A stretch of 64,000 bases of DNA from the human T2T-CHM13v2.0 reference genome, Homo sapiens, in assembly GCF_009914755.1 (NCBI RefSeq), contig NC_060931.1; one strand, written 5' to 3'. The position numbers and the translations under genes are program-made. Shown piece by piece: positions 63,012 to 64,000 of this stretch (positions are counted from its first letter, which is position 1; each line of letters begins with the position of its first letter). The notes below the pieces were generated by a model. It had not been told where the DNA came from and searched no databases. It worked only from the letters and a program-made list of their open reading frames with translations.

Positions 63012-63459
63012 GATGATTCAAGCACATTACATTATTGTGCACTTTATTTCTCTTATTCTATTATTATATTTTATTTCTATTATTACATTGTAATATATAC
63101 TGAAATAATTATACAACTTATCATAATGTAGAATCAATGGGACCCCTAAGCTTGTTTTCCTGCAACTAGATGGTCTCATCTGGGGTTAATGGGAGACAGT
63201 GACAGATCATCAGTCATTAGACTCTCATAAGGAGTAGGCAACCTAGATCCCTCACATGCACAGTTCACAATAGGGTTCACATTCCTGTGAGAATTTAATG
63301 CCACAGCTGGTGTAACAGGAGGTGGAGCTCAGGCAGGAGTGTGAGTGATGGGGAGCATGCGTAAATTCAGATGAAGCTTCGCTTGCTTGCCCTCCACTCA
63401 CTTCCTGCTGCTCAGTCCAGTTCCTAACAGGCCATAGCCTGGGGGTTGAGGACCCCTGC
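63012..63459. mobile_element. MER1 (hAT-Charlie) DNA transposon
   Basis: cattagactctcataaggag..caacctagatccctcacatgcacagttcacaatagggttc; terminal ggttgaggacccctg. Confidence 0.75.
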
Positions 63460-63797
63460 CCTAGGGGATCGTCTATTTCCTTGCCCTTTTCAGCTTCTAG
63501 AGGCTGCTCACATCACATTTCTCTCTTCATAACCCCCTTCTCTGTTTTCAAATCCAGGAACATTGCATCTCTCTCACCATTCTCACATAATCACAGCTCC
63601 CTCTCTGACTCTTTTTTTTTTTCAGATGGGGTCTTGCTCTGTTGCCCAAGCTGGAGTGCAGTGATACCCAAATCCTAATCCCCAGAACGTGTGGATATGT
63701 TATCTTACATGGACAAAATGATTTTGCAGATGTGATCAGGGTTAAGGACTTTGAGATGAGGGTATCATCTCAGATTATCCAGGTTGGATATTATCCA
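63460..63797. mobile_element. MLT1 LTR fragments (63460-63610 minus; 63666-63790 plus, inside an Alu)
   Basis: ccttttcagcttctagaggctgc motif; tttgcagatgtgat..ggttaaggactttgagatg motif. Confidence 0.65.
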
Positions 63798-64000
63798 TCG
63801 CTCACTGCAGCCTCAACCCCCTGTGCTCAAGTGATCCTCCCTTTTCAGCCTTCCACGTAGCTAGGAACTACAGGCATGCACCATGATGCCTGGCTAATTT
63901 TTACATTTTTCTTTTGTAGAGACAGTCTTGCTATGTTGCCCAGGCTGCTTTCAATCTCTTAGGCTAAAGCGATCCTCCTGCCTCAGCTTCCCAAAGTTCT

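Overview
Primate (human-like) genomic DNA, very Alu-dense, with the structure of a mosaic segmental duplication. (1) 2947-21660 (+): unprocessed, 5'-incomplete paralogue of TNRC18. It has the last 11 exons (Tudor-like region, poly-Ser tracts, C-terminal BAH domain), no frameshift, two nonsense codons (TAG 7093, TGA 15688) and one altered splice donor. (2) ~24300-31419 (-): tail-to-tail with it, the last five exons of SLC29A4 (ENT4/PMAT). The upstream exons are absent, but all retained exons splice GT-AG in frame with no stop (319 aa from an internal Met). (3) An orphan CUX1 exon at 43072-43149. (4) A full-length L1PA2/PA3-type LINE-1 at 47639-53656 (+). Its ORF1 and ORF2 are dead, but antisense ORF0 is open and points towards the promoter-less SLC29A4 fragment. 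Top candidate system: ORF0 splice donor 1 (phase 1) is in frame with the first retained SLC29A4 exon, predicting an L1-antisense-promoter-driven 359-aa ORF0-SLC29A4 chimera. This is inferred from sequence only; there is no expression evidence here. Also seen: a potential stand-alone BAH-domain ORF, several templated or fold-back repair scars inside repeats, and MADE1, Tigger2, MER1 and MLT1 elements. The arrangement fits the chr7 pericentromeric TNRC18P/SLC29A4P duplicates, but I cannot tell which copy or which species. Parent protein comparisons and literature references are from memory and should be re-checked.
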